Source of the DNA: Hamiltosporidium tvaerminnensis FI-OER-3-3
Taxonomy: Eukaryota; Fungi; Microsporidia
Assembly: GCA_022605425.2 (NCBI GenBank)
Contig: JAKIMF020000007.1
Location: forward strand, 310,001-374,000
DNA: 64,000 bases
Direction: 5' to 3'
The notes beneath the pieces are model-generated. The model had not been told where the DNA came from, ran no database searches, and saw nothing but the letters and a program-made list of their open reading frames with translations. This document shows positions 1-12,571 of this stretch, piece by piece; position 1 is the stretch's first letter; each line of letters opens with the position of its first letter. The translations under genes were made by a program, and so were the position numbers.

Positions 1-765
1 ATTTGATTTAAAAATTTTAATAATGGAAATTGCTGAAATATTTTTCAGTATGGTAGCATAAAAAGTAATAAGTTATTGACCGCGAGTCAAAAAGTTTTGA
101 AACCTCTGTATTAGACAATAGAAACACAAATATTTATTAGAATCTTTGAATTAATATTTACCATTTTATCACATTTTTACAGCATAGAAAAAGAAATACG
201 GTTTATGCATGCCAAAAAAAACAATTCTATTATCTGTATTGGGCAAAATCTCATGCCAAAGATATTTTGAAAGAGTGACTCGCCGTTAAATGATATCAAG
301 AGGTACCTTTACCGATTCTTGAATAGAAGTAATTACTTTTCTTTCAATTAAAAATGACATCGCTATAAATAGAAGAAGAGTTGCTGTTTCTAGCAGTTTA
401 GGTCATAAATAACATGTTACGAATATTTTGAAAGACTGTACATTGTCATTTTTGCTATTTGATTTTCGATGATGATTATCATCGAGTTACCTTTTTAGGT
501 TAATTAGTAAATTATAAAGATTCTCCAAGCATAAATCGTTTATATTCAAAAATATTTTACTATTTTAATCAAAAAAAGCTTTTAATCTTTGATATCTTGA
601 TTTCTTTCTAAATTACTGATATCAAAGATATATATACCAATATAGAATGCCCTTCAAATGTATCAGAATCAGGTGGGACAATTATTTAGAATTTCTCCCA
701 GTATTAAAAAATCTTCAAATACTCTATAGCATGTTTGTTAAGTCATCTAATCACTATACACTGCA

Positions 766-3301
766 GTGAAAAACATACTGTGTTCGTTTTTTCTTTTTGT
801 ATTTTTTGGAATAAATAATTGCATTCGCATCAATAGATTTTTCAACGGTATAGATCGATCATTTGATTCTAGGATAAATCTATACGATTCCAATAATCTT
901 CATAATCTTATTGGTAGAAAAAGAATACGTGAGACAGAAACAACATTCATTGAACCAAATAATCATTCGTTTCGGCCAAATAAAAATCGATACCTTGAAC
1001 CCAATCAATCAAAAGAATATAGTATAAGAAGTAAAAGACCGAGATGGGATAAAGATCCAGAAAATACAACAGATATTACACCTAAATATTTTCATACCAA
1101 TGTTAAATGTAATATGGGAGGGGATTTAGATCAAATCAATGTTGAAAAATCTAGTTTTGAAGTAAGGAATGAAAGAATTAAGAATTTAGGAAATTTGAAA
1201 ACAAACAAAGTAGGCCATTTCAAAGAACAAAGGATTCTATTACTATCGATAATTCGAATATTTTTATACTTAGGTCACGTTGTTTTGATATTTTATACAG
1301 ATCAAAGCTTCATGAAACTAATATTAATATTAAAGATATTACAAAAAGTAATATTGATTGTTTTTGGGTCAAAAAATGCATATTTATTTTATATTATGAG
1401 TTTGATTCGCAAATTGATGGTTTAAATAACAACGAATTTATAGATCTAATTGAATTTTTCAACGATCTTAACTGTTACTCAAATACTGATGCCCTCTATA
1501 TTTTGTACAAAAATTTACTTCCGTATTTATGTTATACATAATAGATGAAACCTGCCTTAATTTATTAAATACGACGAATTCTGAATATTTGAGGCATGTA
1601 AAATTGTTCTTGCCATCCTTAACTGTACTTTATGATGAGGTCGATGTATTGTTTAATTCAAATACAAAAGAATTAACGTTCACTGCGAAATAACAAAACA
1701 GAGAATCTTTTAAATATGAAATGAATTTTACTGATGATACAATAATTCGAATTACACCCGAAGCTCTTAATTACATGCAACAAGATGATTCTAACGAGAA
1801 AATAGAATTATTTGGTCTTTTGGTTAGTTCTTATAAAATAACTGGAATAAAAATTTCTAATGGTGATAAGTATTATACCGAATGTGTCTCTACGGATTTT
1901 GCGTGTAAATTTATTCTAAATAATCCTGTCATCTATAAAATGCAAACAAGCTTTTGTTATCTTTTTGGAAACATCGAATCTATGAAAATAAATACGTTAA
2001 AATCTATAGAAATCGAAAGATTGGATCTATTAACAGAAGATGTTGATCTTTTTAGTAAATTTCGAAAATTAGAATCTTTAAGTATAGTGAAATGCGACTT
2101 CATAAACTATGGAGATTTCCTTCGTAAATTAGCATTAATGTTTCCAAAATTGAAAATCTTACGAATTGTTGGGTCATTTTCAAGATCTGGCTTTCTAAAT
2201 AATCTATTTTTCACTTACATAGAGATTTTAGATCTTTCTTGTTGATAATCCATAGGAAAAATTTCCAATTTTCCAAATATGCAAATGAAAGCTTTGAAAA
2301 GTTTGAGGATAGATTATTCCAGTCTAAATTATAAGGTAATGAGAGTAATGATTTCAACAAGTTCTTTGAAAATCTTAAGCATGAGAGGAACTAAGTGTAG
2401 AATATTTTATATTTTTGAATATTACAGAAATTTAAAAAAATCTTTTTATTATTTAGATTTTTCGAGGATTAGGTTCAACAGGAAACTCGTAGGTTTATTT
2501 TCAGTTAATATCTAAGCCGAGATATTGTTTTTGGAAAATCTAAAACATTTAGGCGATTTAATCCGAGTGTTGAGGCTTGAATCATCATATTCAAGTACAA
2601 GAAGTATATCTTTATCAAATAATTCTTCGTTTAACGATATATTTTTTTTATTAGAGAATTTTAAAAAACTTGAATGTTTAAAACTTTCTGGAACAAAAAT
2701 AATGAGGTTACATCAGTTTGTTTTTGATTTTCAATTTAAAAGTCATTTGAAATATCTTGATTTATCGAATAACAAATTGTCAAAAAATTACATTCGTTGC
2801 CTTAATCAGTTTGATTGCTTAGAAAGAATAAATCTATCAAATTGTAATCTCGAATCAGGTTTGAGGGAATATCTTTCTGTTATGCACCCAGCGGTATCTC
2901 TGAAAAAAATAAATTTATCTAGAAATATACTAAGCAAATCAGATATATTAGCACTTGAAAAATTTTTAAATTTTAATCATTTAACAGTTTGTTTTCAAAG
3001 TGAAATATATTCTAATTTCTTAAAAGAGTATGGAGCCTTTAGACTTAAAAATTTAGAAACATTGATTTTGGTTGCTTAATTTTTTACAAGCAAAATTTAT
3101 CATTGTATAACGAGAATGTCTTCATTGAAAAATCTTGAACTTCAAGGATTTCATTTCGAAAAAAATGTTTTTACAAACTATGTAATATCTTATCCTACTT
3201 TTTTACAAAAAATTACTCTTATTGATTCTAAATATTATCCCGAAGATATAGATACCTTCAATGACTTGAAAATCCGTGGTATAGAAGTTTTTATTTATTA
3301 A
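766..3301 (+). pseudogene. Disrupted gene for a secreted-type BTB-like + leucine-rich-repeat protein
   Basis: ORFs 1721-2245, 2279-2515, 2525-3079 and 3116-3301 share one frame, are separated only by in-frame stops, and carry LRR motifs (LKYLDLSNNKL, LERINLSNCNL, LKKINLSRNIL). The 5' ORF has a hydrophobic N-terminus. An alternative frame at ~1314-1478 (ETNINIKDI...EFIDLIEFFNDL) resembles the N-terminal block of the 37-53 kb paralogues. Confidence 0.8.
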
Positions 3302-4299
3302 ATTACTTTTACTAATTCAATTTTTATGATCTTTTTAGATTCAAAATTATTCCTAAATTAAATATATAATTCATAATGACTCGATTTATATTTCTTGATT
3401 ATTACTTGCATAATATCAGGCCAGATATTTGTGAAGCTCATTTTCTAGATATTTTTTGTTAAAAAATAGTCTTCATAAGGTTTTAGTCATTAAAAGATTG
3501 TTATTATATTTGTTTATTCTGAATTAAATTTAAATTTCATTTAATTTGGGTTAATATATTTCAAAAAACGGTAAATTTTTTTATTGCATAGCACATATTA
3601 TTTCTAGATTATATAATTGTAAAAAACAATTAATTCTATTTGTCTTACAATTATTTCGTTAAAAAAGCGGTATATTTTATTATCCAGTTGATTTTATCTA
3701 CATATACCTACTCTTGGGTTCGATAATAAGTCAAATAAATCATTTAAAGAATATTCACGGTGTAAAATTACTAATATGGAATCTAAAAACGCATTAATAA
3801 TTGAATAATTTATATTCAGTATGATTTCCAAAAAAAAATTTGTGATTTAATCTTAAAAGAAAAAAAAAATTCTAAATATTGGAATTAAATTTTACTGACA
3901 AGGTTGTTATTCGCGGGTGAGTCACTTAAATCACATTAAAAATCTGCAAATACAAAATAAATAAATAAACTTACTCTTTACAGAAAATAATTTATTATTT
4001 ACAAGAATTAAGGATTAATTTAAATTTTCAGACATTAAATGGAATAATATTTTTCGAATTCAAATAAATCATTTAAAGTTCATAATAAGACATTTACTTT
4101 GAGAATTTAGCTATTTGGTTCTTTCTAGAAAAAAATACAACTGTAATTTTTTTGAGATTAACACAAACAAATAGTCCTAACAATTGGATTATTATGAAAT
4201 AAATAAATTTATTGTGCGAATATCTTCCAATTTTTTTCAAAACATATAATGTTCACATAACTCGTATATTTTTACAAGAAAATATATACTATATCATCT

Positions 4300-5900
4300 T
4301 AGATATTTTTAAATTCTTATAGAAGCGAAAACCCGTAGTCAAAAAAATCGTAGTTCAGGAATTAGTTACTCTGAGTTTATATACTATTCTGAATCTTTGG
4401 ATTTATTACTTATTTATAACTTTTTGCCACATTTTAACCTTTTTAGAAAGAAAATTTGCTTCCTTATTCTCATTTTTGCACGCCTTCATTGCTTATGATT
4501 ATCAAAAATTTAAAATGTGTGATATTGACAAGGAAGGTATTAAAAGGTAACAATTTCCTATCGGAAATCATTCTTGGTTTTGCTTTATAGCCGTCAAAAA
4601 TAAAATAAATCATAACCAAATCATATCAATAGATTTTTATGTAACGATTAGATATTTCCTGGTATTAGATGAAATTATAATAAATTATTAATTAGCCCAT
4701 TATAATATTGATAAATAGTCAAATTTGTATATAACGATCAACAAAATATTTTGTTACTATTAAAGTAATATTTCTTAAATTTTTGGGCCTTCTTTTGAGT
4801 ATATCATGATAAATAATCTATTCTTTGAAAAAATATTTCCTATATATGTATATAAATAAATGTTGATAGTGTGTTATATGATTTCTTAAATACCTTTATT
4901 TTTGCATATTCTAATATTGTTTTGCTAATTAATCGGTATATTTTTTTCATTATGAGTGTGATACAATTTGTTTAAAGAAACTATATGTACCTTTTAAAAA
5001 TTATATAAAAAATTAAGAAATCCCTGCTTCGTGACATCATATTTATATAACAAATACTATATTTAAACTATCATATAAAAACCTTGCCTGTCACGATTTG
5101 ATTCTAATAATAATGATTTCTTTTTAAAACAGGAACTCTTCTTCTAGATATCAAATACTTCTTCGGAGTCATTTAGCAAAAAGCACACCAAATGAATACT
5201 TTCCTGGTTTTTCAGCAATGAATATAATTTGTTGTGCCAAAAATGAAATGTGATGCTATCGAAGTTCATTATATACCATATTAGATTAAAACTTTACTTA
5301 TAAAAAGTGATGATTCACTACAAAAAAAGCCAAATAATAATTCTTAAGATATATCAAGCTTAAAGATACAAATTTATCTTTTTTATGTAAATAACACTAT
5401 AATAATTTTTTTCTCTAGACAAATTGGTAAATTTTTCAAAAACTATTGCATCAACTGAACAGATAGGCTTGTTATCTCTTGTAGTGCAACGTGATAAGTA
5501 TTATAAACGACTCATATTACATGATCGTACCGAATAGAATCGGTGTATTCAGATAAAATGATTTCCAGAGCTCATTAAATTCATATATAGCATGTTTTAT
5601 AGTTGCAGGAAAACCCTTTTCCTATATTTTACTTTTTTTAGTGCAAAGTACGATCTTATATCGAACTATTTATAATAAAATATGAAAGTTTTCTAAAACT
5701 AAGTATATTATGTTGTGTTCTTCTAATAATTGGCTTCGATATTAAATATTTGTCGCTAGAACAAGATGCTTTAGATTTAATAAATTTTCAACTAATTGGT
5801 ACCTTTTTATTTGTATTTCATAACTAAGTTTCCTATCTATACTATATGAGCGCTTAAAACGGTTTATAATAATTTTAATGCAAAAAAAAACGATTTTAAA
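4300..5900 (-). mobile_element. Highly decayed piggyBac-like transposase relic
   Basis: Broken minus-strand translations include NELW, TPILFGTIM..RF and IFIAEKPGKY, which recall piggyBac motifs (..LW, P.F...MSR.RF, YIP.KP.KYG) in the expected order. Boundaries are approximate and no TIRs were identified. Confidence 0.3.
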
Positions 5901-7786
5901 AATTTATTGCAATATTTAAAGATGCTAATTTTACTTTTCGCTATAAAAATAAATAAAAAATATTAAGAATAATTATGAATGACATAAAAGTCACGATAAC
6001 TTGTTTTAATTTTTTCGATCATGATATTTTCCGTACTCCGGATATAAAATTTTATAATTTGAATTTCTGGATAAAAAGTATAGAACCAATCATTTTAATA
6101 TAAATTTCGATATATAATGAAAAAAAAAGATTTATAAAACAAAAATTCCTTCTTACTTAATATGTGCTTTTTTTTAGATTGTACGATATTTAGTATTAAG
6201 ATAAGCTTGTTATAGATTCTTTGTAGCGATTCCTTCCATTTAATCCTCTCTGTCGCATAAATAACAAAAATCACACTTTTTGTTTTTTTTTTTGAACAGA
6301 ATTATTTTGCCTTTTATCATTAAATTAAACATGTAAAACGTATAGTTGTTTTATTTATTTCCGCATGTATTTTTAATATATATGAATATTATATGTATAT
6401 TTACATGAAAAAAACTGAATATTGCATTATGTTATAATTTTAGGATTTAATACATTTTAAAACACTATGAAGAGTTGTAAGTGTCTCTAAATAAATTATA
6501 TACACAATATTCCATAATACCGAACTAAAAGAAATCTATAATATCTAAATTCATCGATTAAACAAAATTCTGTTTTAAAGTTTAGTAGAAACTACCAAAA
6601 ATTTTTAATAAAATCTTTATTTTTATTGCATTTCATTAGCTTTCATTTTGTTTTGTTAATTAATACGCTCATAACTAACATTCTTGAATAATTTTAAATA
6701 TTAAGGGCTTAAAACCCCTTAAAAATGTATTTAAAAATTTAGATTCACTTTGATACTTTAGTAACTTTAAAACTTCAAATTCAAGATGAAAAATTTTCCA
6801 ATTTACCTTTCAAGAAATCTTTTGATAAGTAATTGGTTTATGTTTAACATACATTTGCTTTACATTGATGGTTAGATTGTATAAAATTGCTTTAAATTTC
6901 CAAAACCCTTCTCATTAAATCTTGAGAAGTTTAAACAGTTGTTTTATTTCTATGTTTGATTTTCTCGATAAATACAAACATTCTAAAACACATTAGCGCT
7001 TCAGAAAATTTCCGTGGCGTTTTATAATGTGTTCTATCTATCTGGTCTCCTAAATTATGAATTTTGTAATTTCATCGAAAAATCGATAAAGAAATCCAAA
7101 GGTTTTCATAAAATTTTCTAACAAAGAAGGTATATTTTTTTTTTTACTTTGTGAGTCTACTTATATGTTTTCTGCAGGTATATATTTACTATGTGGTGTG
7201 ATATTCAATAAACATACTTCGACCTTTAAAATTGTAACTTTACTTAAGTTTTAGCTTTAATGTCATCTAGTTTTACCTTCAACATGAATTTTGAAATATA
7301 TGGCATATGAATGTAACGAATGAGCCATTTCTAACCATAATGCCTATTCTGCTTTTTTCGCTTAATTTTTCTAAAGACTTGTCTTTTATTCAAGTAAGGG
7401 GGACACATTTTCTCAATTAGTCTATTCATAGAGACTTTACATGATGATGCAGACAACAAACAGTTTTTCGTAATTATAATTGTTGAGATTAGGATTATGC
7501 ATTTGATTCAAGCCGCAAAACTTTCCGATAAATAAGTAAATACGTCGAGTAGCAGCGAGCTAGGATATATAAACTAGTTATTGCATGCTTAGCTAGGATA
7601 TTAAATATGTCGGATTTTAGGTATTAAAAAACGAGTAATAACTATATTGGAAAAAATAAATTGTTTCAAAAATGAAAATTGGCAGATTACCTTTATAAAT
7701 ATTCTTTTATGTACTTTTTCTGGAAAAAATTGTTGTATTAAAGTAAAAAAAACAAAAAGAATTTAAAAATTGATTTACTGTATTTA

Positions 7787-8296
7787 TCAAATATATAAAT
7801 GGCTCAATCTTTCCTTGGGATCACTTATTCCTTCCCACCTTTTTTTCCTTTTATTCTTCTGTACATTGCCTTTTTCGTTCTTAACTTGCCTTTTAATTAA
7901 TTTGGTGTTTAGAATCGAAGAAGAATTGTTTAAACAATTCACACTATCGTTTTTAGTATCATTTTTAAAGATTTTTTTTGAATCATTTTCACATTTTTCA
8001 TCACCACAATTATCATAAACATATACCTGCACCATTGCTACGTAAACCGGTGCTTTTTTTATTTTGTGGAAATCATTATCTATACCTTCTTTAAAAGGTA
8101 ATCCTAGACAAATTCTTTGTCTAGCTTCATTTTTGACAATAAAACAAGGCTCATTATTGTAATGATTTGCAGGTTTCGTATCATTGAGCTTCCAATGTTC
8201 ATCAACAACCTTCAGTGTGTTGACATTACTTGGTTGATCATTTTTGGGATTTGCTATATTTTCCCAGAATTTAATTAGATCTTTTACGCTTTTCAT
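7787..8296 (-). CDS. Hypothetical 169-aa basic/hydrophilic protein
   Basis: Intact ATG-to-TGA ORF that is long for this AT-rich background; starts MKSVKDLIKFWEN and has a basic KKNKRKKR patch. Confidence 0.55.
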   Translation of the reverse strand: MKSVKDLIKFWENIANPKNDQPSNVNTLKVVDEHWKLNDTKPANHYNNEPCFIVKNEARQRICLGLPFKEGIDNDFHKIKKAPVYVAMVQVYVYDNCGDEKCENDSKKIFKNDTKNDSVNCLNNSSSILNTKLIKRQVKNEKGNVQKNKRKKRWEGISDPKERLSHLYI

Positions 8297-9183
8297 TGTT
8301 TATTTGTATTTTTCAAACATAAATACTTTTAATATTGTTCTCGAACACTTTTGGAATTTCTTTTTGATGATCAGACATCAGTATAACAAAACAAAAAAAG
8401 AACAATTATATGTTCTTTTTTAAATAATCCATATTTTAGGATTTTTTGAAAGGTATTTGGTAATAAACTACAGTTTAAGTTATTTTGTGCTCAAATATCG
8501 TTTTTAATCTAAAGTTTAATTGATAAAATTTGAATTTAAATCTTCTTTAAAGAATATGAAAATCAACATAGAATGGATTTATTTGGCTTTAAATATTTTA
8601 CCCGCAAGAATTAAATGCTTAAATTAAAAATTTGTACTTGCAAAAGAATATGAATAGAAATCTAAACATTAACATTAACAAATAAATCATCAATTTATTT
8701 TTATAGATTTAATCAGATTTATGTAACAACTTGAAACAAAATCATCATTATTTATTATTTGATCTCTTTTGTATACAATAAACACATTCATGTAAAATAG
8801 TATTGTGTAATTAAGATTATATGTATTTAAAGTATTATATAAAAACAAATAAATTTTAAATAATTACATTTGAATATTTATTTTAAAAAGCAAGTTAAAA
8901 TGGGATAATTCAGCTCTAAATTACAAAGTAATAATATAAAAATGTATCAACTTTAAAAGATATTTCCATATCAATTAAATGAAGTTGAAGCATATTTTTT
9001 TATTAGATTGAAGCCATAAAATAAGAATTTCAATTGAAATTTCTAATTTAGATATAAATTTATTTAATGAAACCAATTAAATTGAAATTGGGGAATATCG
9101 AATAAATTCATAGTTAAAGAGATATTCTTGAAGAATAGAGACAATGTTTTCTTTTTTATACCTCGTAATATTTATTGCAAATT

Positions 9184-9248
9184 TTTAATTTTATTATTCT
9201 ATTCAGTAATTTAATTTTATTATTCTATTCAGTAATTTAATTTTATTA
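9184..9248. repeat. 26-bp tandem duplication (2.5 copies)
   Basis: TTTAATTTTATTATTCTATTCAGTAA occurs at 9184-9209 and 9210-9235, followed by a partial third copy. Confidence 0.85.
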
Positions 9249-10366
9249 CATCTTAAATATCGATTTACTCTTAATATTCCAAATAGATCTTTGGTCTTCT
9301 ATGGTTTTACAAAAAATCAAGGTTTTAAGATCGATTCTTTATGTGTTAGACATGTTAAAGCAGATACTTATAATTCAATGTTTTATATTTTTTGTTTAGA
9401 TTTAAATGATTTTATAAAATGCATTGATGCTTTTTCTGGATATTCTGCGACATTCTGTATTAGCTAATATCTTGGTTGCGTGTAAAACATATACTAAATA
9501 TCTACTTTCATAGGGTTATCAATTATTTAAACTAATTGATGCATTGGCATTTTAGTTATTTATAATATTTACTAGGAAATTTGTGATAAAACCTCTTCTT
9601 GTCTACATATAGGAGGATCTACAGGTATTTATTTATAAAAAAATGCCTTGGAATTCAGCTATTCAGAATAATTTCTTGATTTTTATATTTTTTTGGTATC
9701 GAAAATTTAAGAAGATTTTTAAGTCCAATTTTGTCAACTACAAGTATTATTCTCTTTAATTTCCTTTTAACCATCTTTATATCAAATTGATCGATTTGAA
9801 GTTTTTCAGCAATTTTTATTTTTGTTGTCCCTCTTGCTTAGCATACTGAGTTTATATAATTTTTTAAAATGTGTTATCGGATTAAATTTTTTAAATCTAG
9901 ATTTATTTCTTCTGATAAAAGTGAAAAACCTATTCAATAAACTATTTTTGTATGTTTTGTTCGGCTATATATTTTCCAGTTGGATTGCTTGATTCTAATA
10001 TATCTCGGCACTGACCTGAAGAATTTACGATTTGTTTTCATTTTTTAACAATATGTTATCTTGGATGTAGCAATTGCTCCTTATATTTAGTTCGGATATA
10101 TTATTAATAGTAAATACCTGGTTTTGTTTCCATTCTGTAAAACTGAATATTAGATTTTAGATTTATCATTAATATTAGTTTATTGTGCTTTTTTACACTT
10201 TTTTGTTTAGATTTCTTTTGTTCCCTTTCTGGGCCTAAAAGCCTTTTTATATGCTCAAGATTTTCTATACATTTCTTATTCTTTATGATTCTGACTTTAT
10301 AATCCTATTTTTTTTGATTTTCTAAAGCTATTTTAGAATTTCCATAGTTATTTGTTAAGACTAAAT

Positions 10367-10592
10367 GATGAGAAGATAACCACATAAAAAACTATCTGTT
10401 TGGCAATGAAACTGTGAAATTGGTCTATAATCTTATTGTTTCTTTTTGTGGGATATAAACCGTACTGGATCTATAGGTCAATCTTCTATAATCCCGAGTT
10501 ATAATAGATTAAAAGAAGCAATTGGGAAATTTTCATTTGTTCATCCTCGACACTGAGAGGTAAAAGCGAAACGAAATAAGAAAGTATGTATA
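10367..10592 (+). mobile_element. ~230-bp SINE-like element, family B, copy 1
   Basis: Aligns over its length to the reverse complement of 49955-50182 (GGATCTATAGG.CAATCTTCTATAAT.CCGAGTTATAA; TCGA.ACTG..AGGTAAAAG). Its first ~110 nt match the head of the 727-bp element (GATAACCACATAAAAAACT.TCTG.TTGGCAATGA). Confidence 0.6.
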
Positions 10593-11063
10593 AAGACTTG
10601 AAAATATATTCTAAATAGTACATATATTCCGTGTTTGATAATATAAAAATAAATTACATAAAAAATAAGTAACTGTGTCATCTATTGATATACTATATGA
10701 ATAAATTGTTCGACATTTTCTATTAAAAAAATTGTAAGATTCTCTTGTTATTGAATGCTAAACCATATTTTAGTATCGTTGAATTTATTAGATTAAATTG
10801 AATTTTTAATATATCTTTAAATGGTCAAAGACTCGTTGTACTTATATTATTTAAGACATCTGTTTTTTAGACTTTACTTTTTTGTTCTTAAAAATTTTTC
10901 TCTTCGCACTTTGTTGTAAAAAATATGTTTTCACGTATCAATAGCATATTTTTATTTCTTCGGGCTTCACAAAAATTTTTCAATTTTCAAAAAAACAGAT
11001 ATAAGCAATATATCAATTACTATATATTTTAATAATTAGTTTAATAATAATAATAATAATAAC

Positions 11064-11789
11064 TTTATTTAAAAGTATCACATCTTTTTAAAATAGTGGC
11101 AAGTGTTATATTTGTTTTCATGACATTAACGCAGTTCTAGGTTTAACATAAATGACTGCTACCCCAACACTCCATCGGTAACCCCTGCGATACCTACGTC
11201 CCAAAGCCTTTCATCTACCAGGTGTGTAGAACCTAATTACTAGGCGAGGCAGTTTCCTGGAGTTCGTTAATGTCCGTTGCATAGAGTGTGATCGAAGGCC
11301 GAAGCCCCCCCTGGGCTCCCCTAAGACTATGCAGCATTCCCACTTACTCTACACTTTCAGAACCCAATAAACTTCTAGCTAAGATATATTTGAAAGATTT
11401 ACATGGGGTCCACCTAGACAGTGCAATGTCATATCAACAGGTATAACCTGCTACTTAGCTTTCCTGGCTTTAAATGGTTTTTGTTTTATATCTCCCAGGC
11501 GCTAAGTCTTCTAACCCGAGTGAGCAAGGCTAGGTTTCCATGCTTTTACATGGCAATTACCTACATGTTCAGCTGCAGTCTGCAATCTGGTTACATAAAA
11601 AACTACAAATAAATTTGTAGAAAAAGTTTCTCCGTTTCTTAGACCTCTCCTCCTCATAACAACTCCCATGGAACAACCGAAGATGTAGTGTGGTTTTATT
11701 CCCACCAAAAATCCAAACAATGACCTCACACCAGTTTCACACACTCATTGCCAAGCAGAAAGTTTTTTATGTGGTTATCCTCCCTCCAC
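11064..11789 (-). mobile_element. ~727-bp non-coding structured SINE-like element, family A, copy 1 (left arm of inverted repeat)
   Basis: About 98% identical to the reverse complement of 11839-12565 and clearly homologous to 55760-56479. It is GC-richer than its flanks and has (TAA)n runs on both sides (11042-11062, 11793-11807). Confidence 0.8.
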
Positions 11790-11838
11790 ATATAATAATA
11801 ATAATAAATGTTAAAAATATATATATTTCACTCTGTAA

Positions 11839-12565
11839 GTGGAGGGAGGATAACCACATAAAAAACTTTCTGCTTGGCAATGAGTGTGCGAAACTGGTGT
11901 GAAGATCATTGTTTGGATTTTTGGTGGGAATACAACCACACTACATCTTCGGTTGTTCCATGGGAGTTGTTATGAAGAGGAGAGGTCTAAGAAATGGAGA
12001 AACTTTTTCAACAAATTTATTTATAGTTTTTTATGTAACCAGATTGCAGACCGCAGCTGAACATGTAGGTAATTGCCATGTAAAAGCATGGAAACCTAGC
12101 CTTGCTCACTCGGGTTAGAAGACTTAGCGCCTGGGAGATATAAAACAAAAACCATTTAAAGCCAGGAAAGCTAAGTAGCAGGTTATACCTGTTGATATGA
12201 CATTGCACTGTCTAGGTGGACCCCATGTAAATCTTTCAAATATATCTTAGCTAGAAGTTTATTGGGTTCAGAAAGTGTAGAGTAAGTGGGAATGCTGCAT
12301 AGTCTTAGGGGAGCCCAGGGGGGGCTTCGGCCTTCGATCACACTCTATGCAACGGACATTAACGAACTCCAGGAAACTGCCTCGCCTAGTAATTAGGTTC
12401 TACACACCTGGTAGATGAAAGGCTTTGGGGCGTAGGTATCGCAGGGGTTACCGATGGAGTGTTGGGGTAGCAGTCATTTATGTTAAACCTAGAACTGCGT
12501 TAATGTCATAAAAACAAATATAACACTTGCCACTATTTTAAAAAGATGTGATACTTTTAAATAAA
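11839..12565 (+). mobile_element. ~727-bp family A element, copy 2 (right arm of inverted repeat)
   Basis: Runs GTGGAGGGAGGATAACCAC...GATACTTTTAAATAAA, contains many helices and a C(UUCG)G hairpin, and abuts the retrotransposon 3' end tail-to-tail. Confidence 0.8.
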
Positions 12566-12571
12566 TTTTTG

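Noticed and set aside
1691-3301. Stop-codon reassignment
   Set aside because: RPT4 and the other long genes have no internal stops and end in TAA, TAG or TGA; the internal stops here are of mixed type.
9184-9248. Direct repeats as a CRISPR-like array
   Set aside because: The copies are adjacent with no spacers; a simple tandem duplication in a eukaryotic context.
11421-12208. Mirror-image small ORFs (63-77 aa) on both strands, also at 56206-56436
   Set aside because: They are by-products of the inverted repeat; the third copy changes frame relative to them, so there is no sign of coding constraint.
11839-12565. Family A as hammerhead, HDV, group I/II intron or 5S-derived RNA
   Set aside because: No conserved CUGAnGA...GAAA core; the CCUCGC is not conserved in copy 3; no group II domain V; the TGGGAATAC similarity to 5S is too short and varies between copies.
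11064-12565. The inverted repeat as the TIRs of one foldback/MITE DNA transposon
   Set aside because: A single arm occurs alone at 55760-56479 with the same ends, so the arm is the mobile unit.
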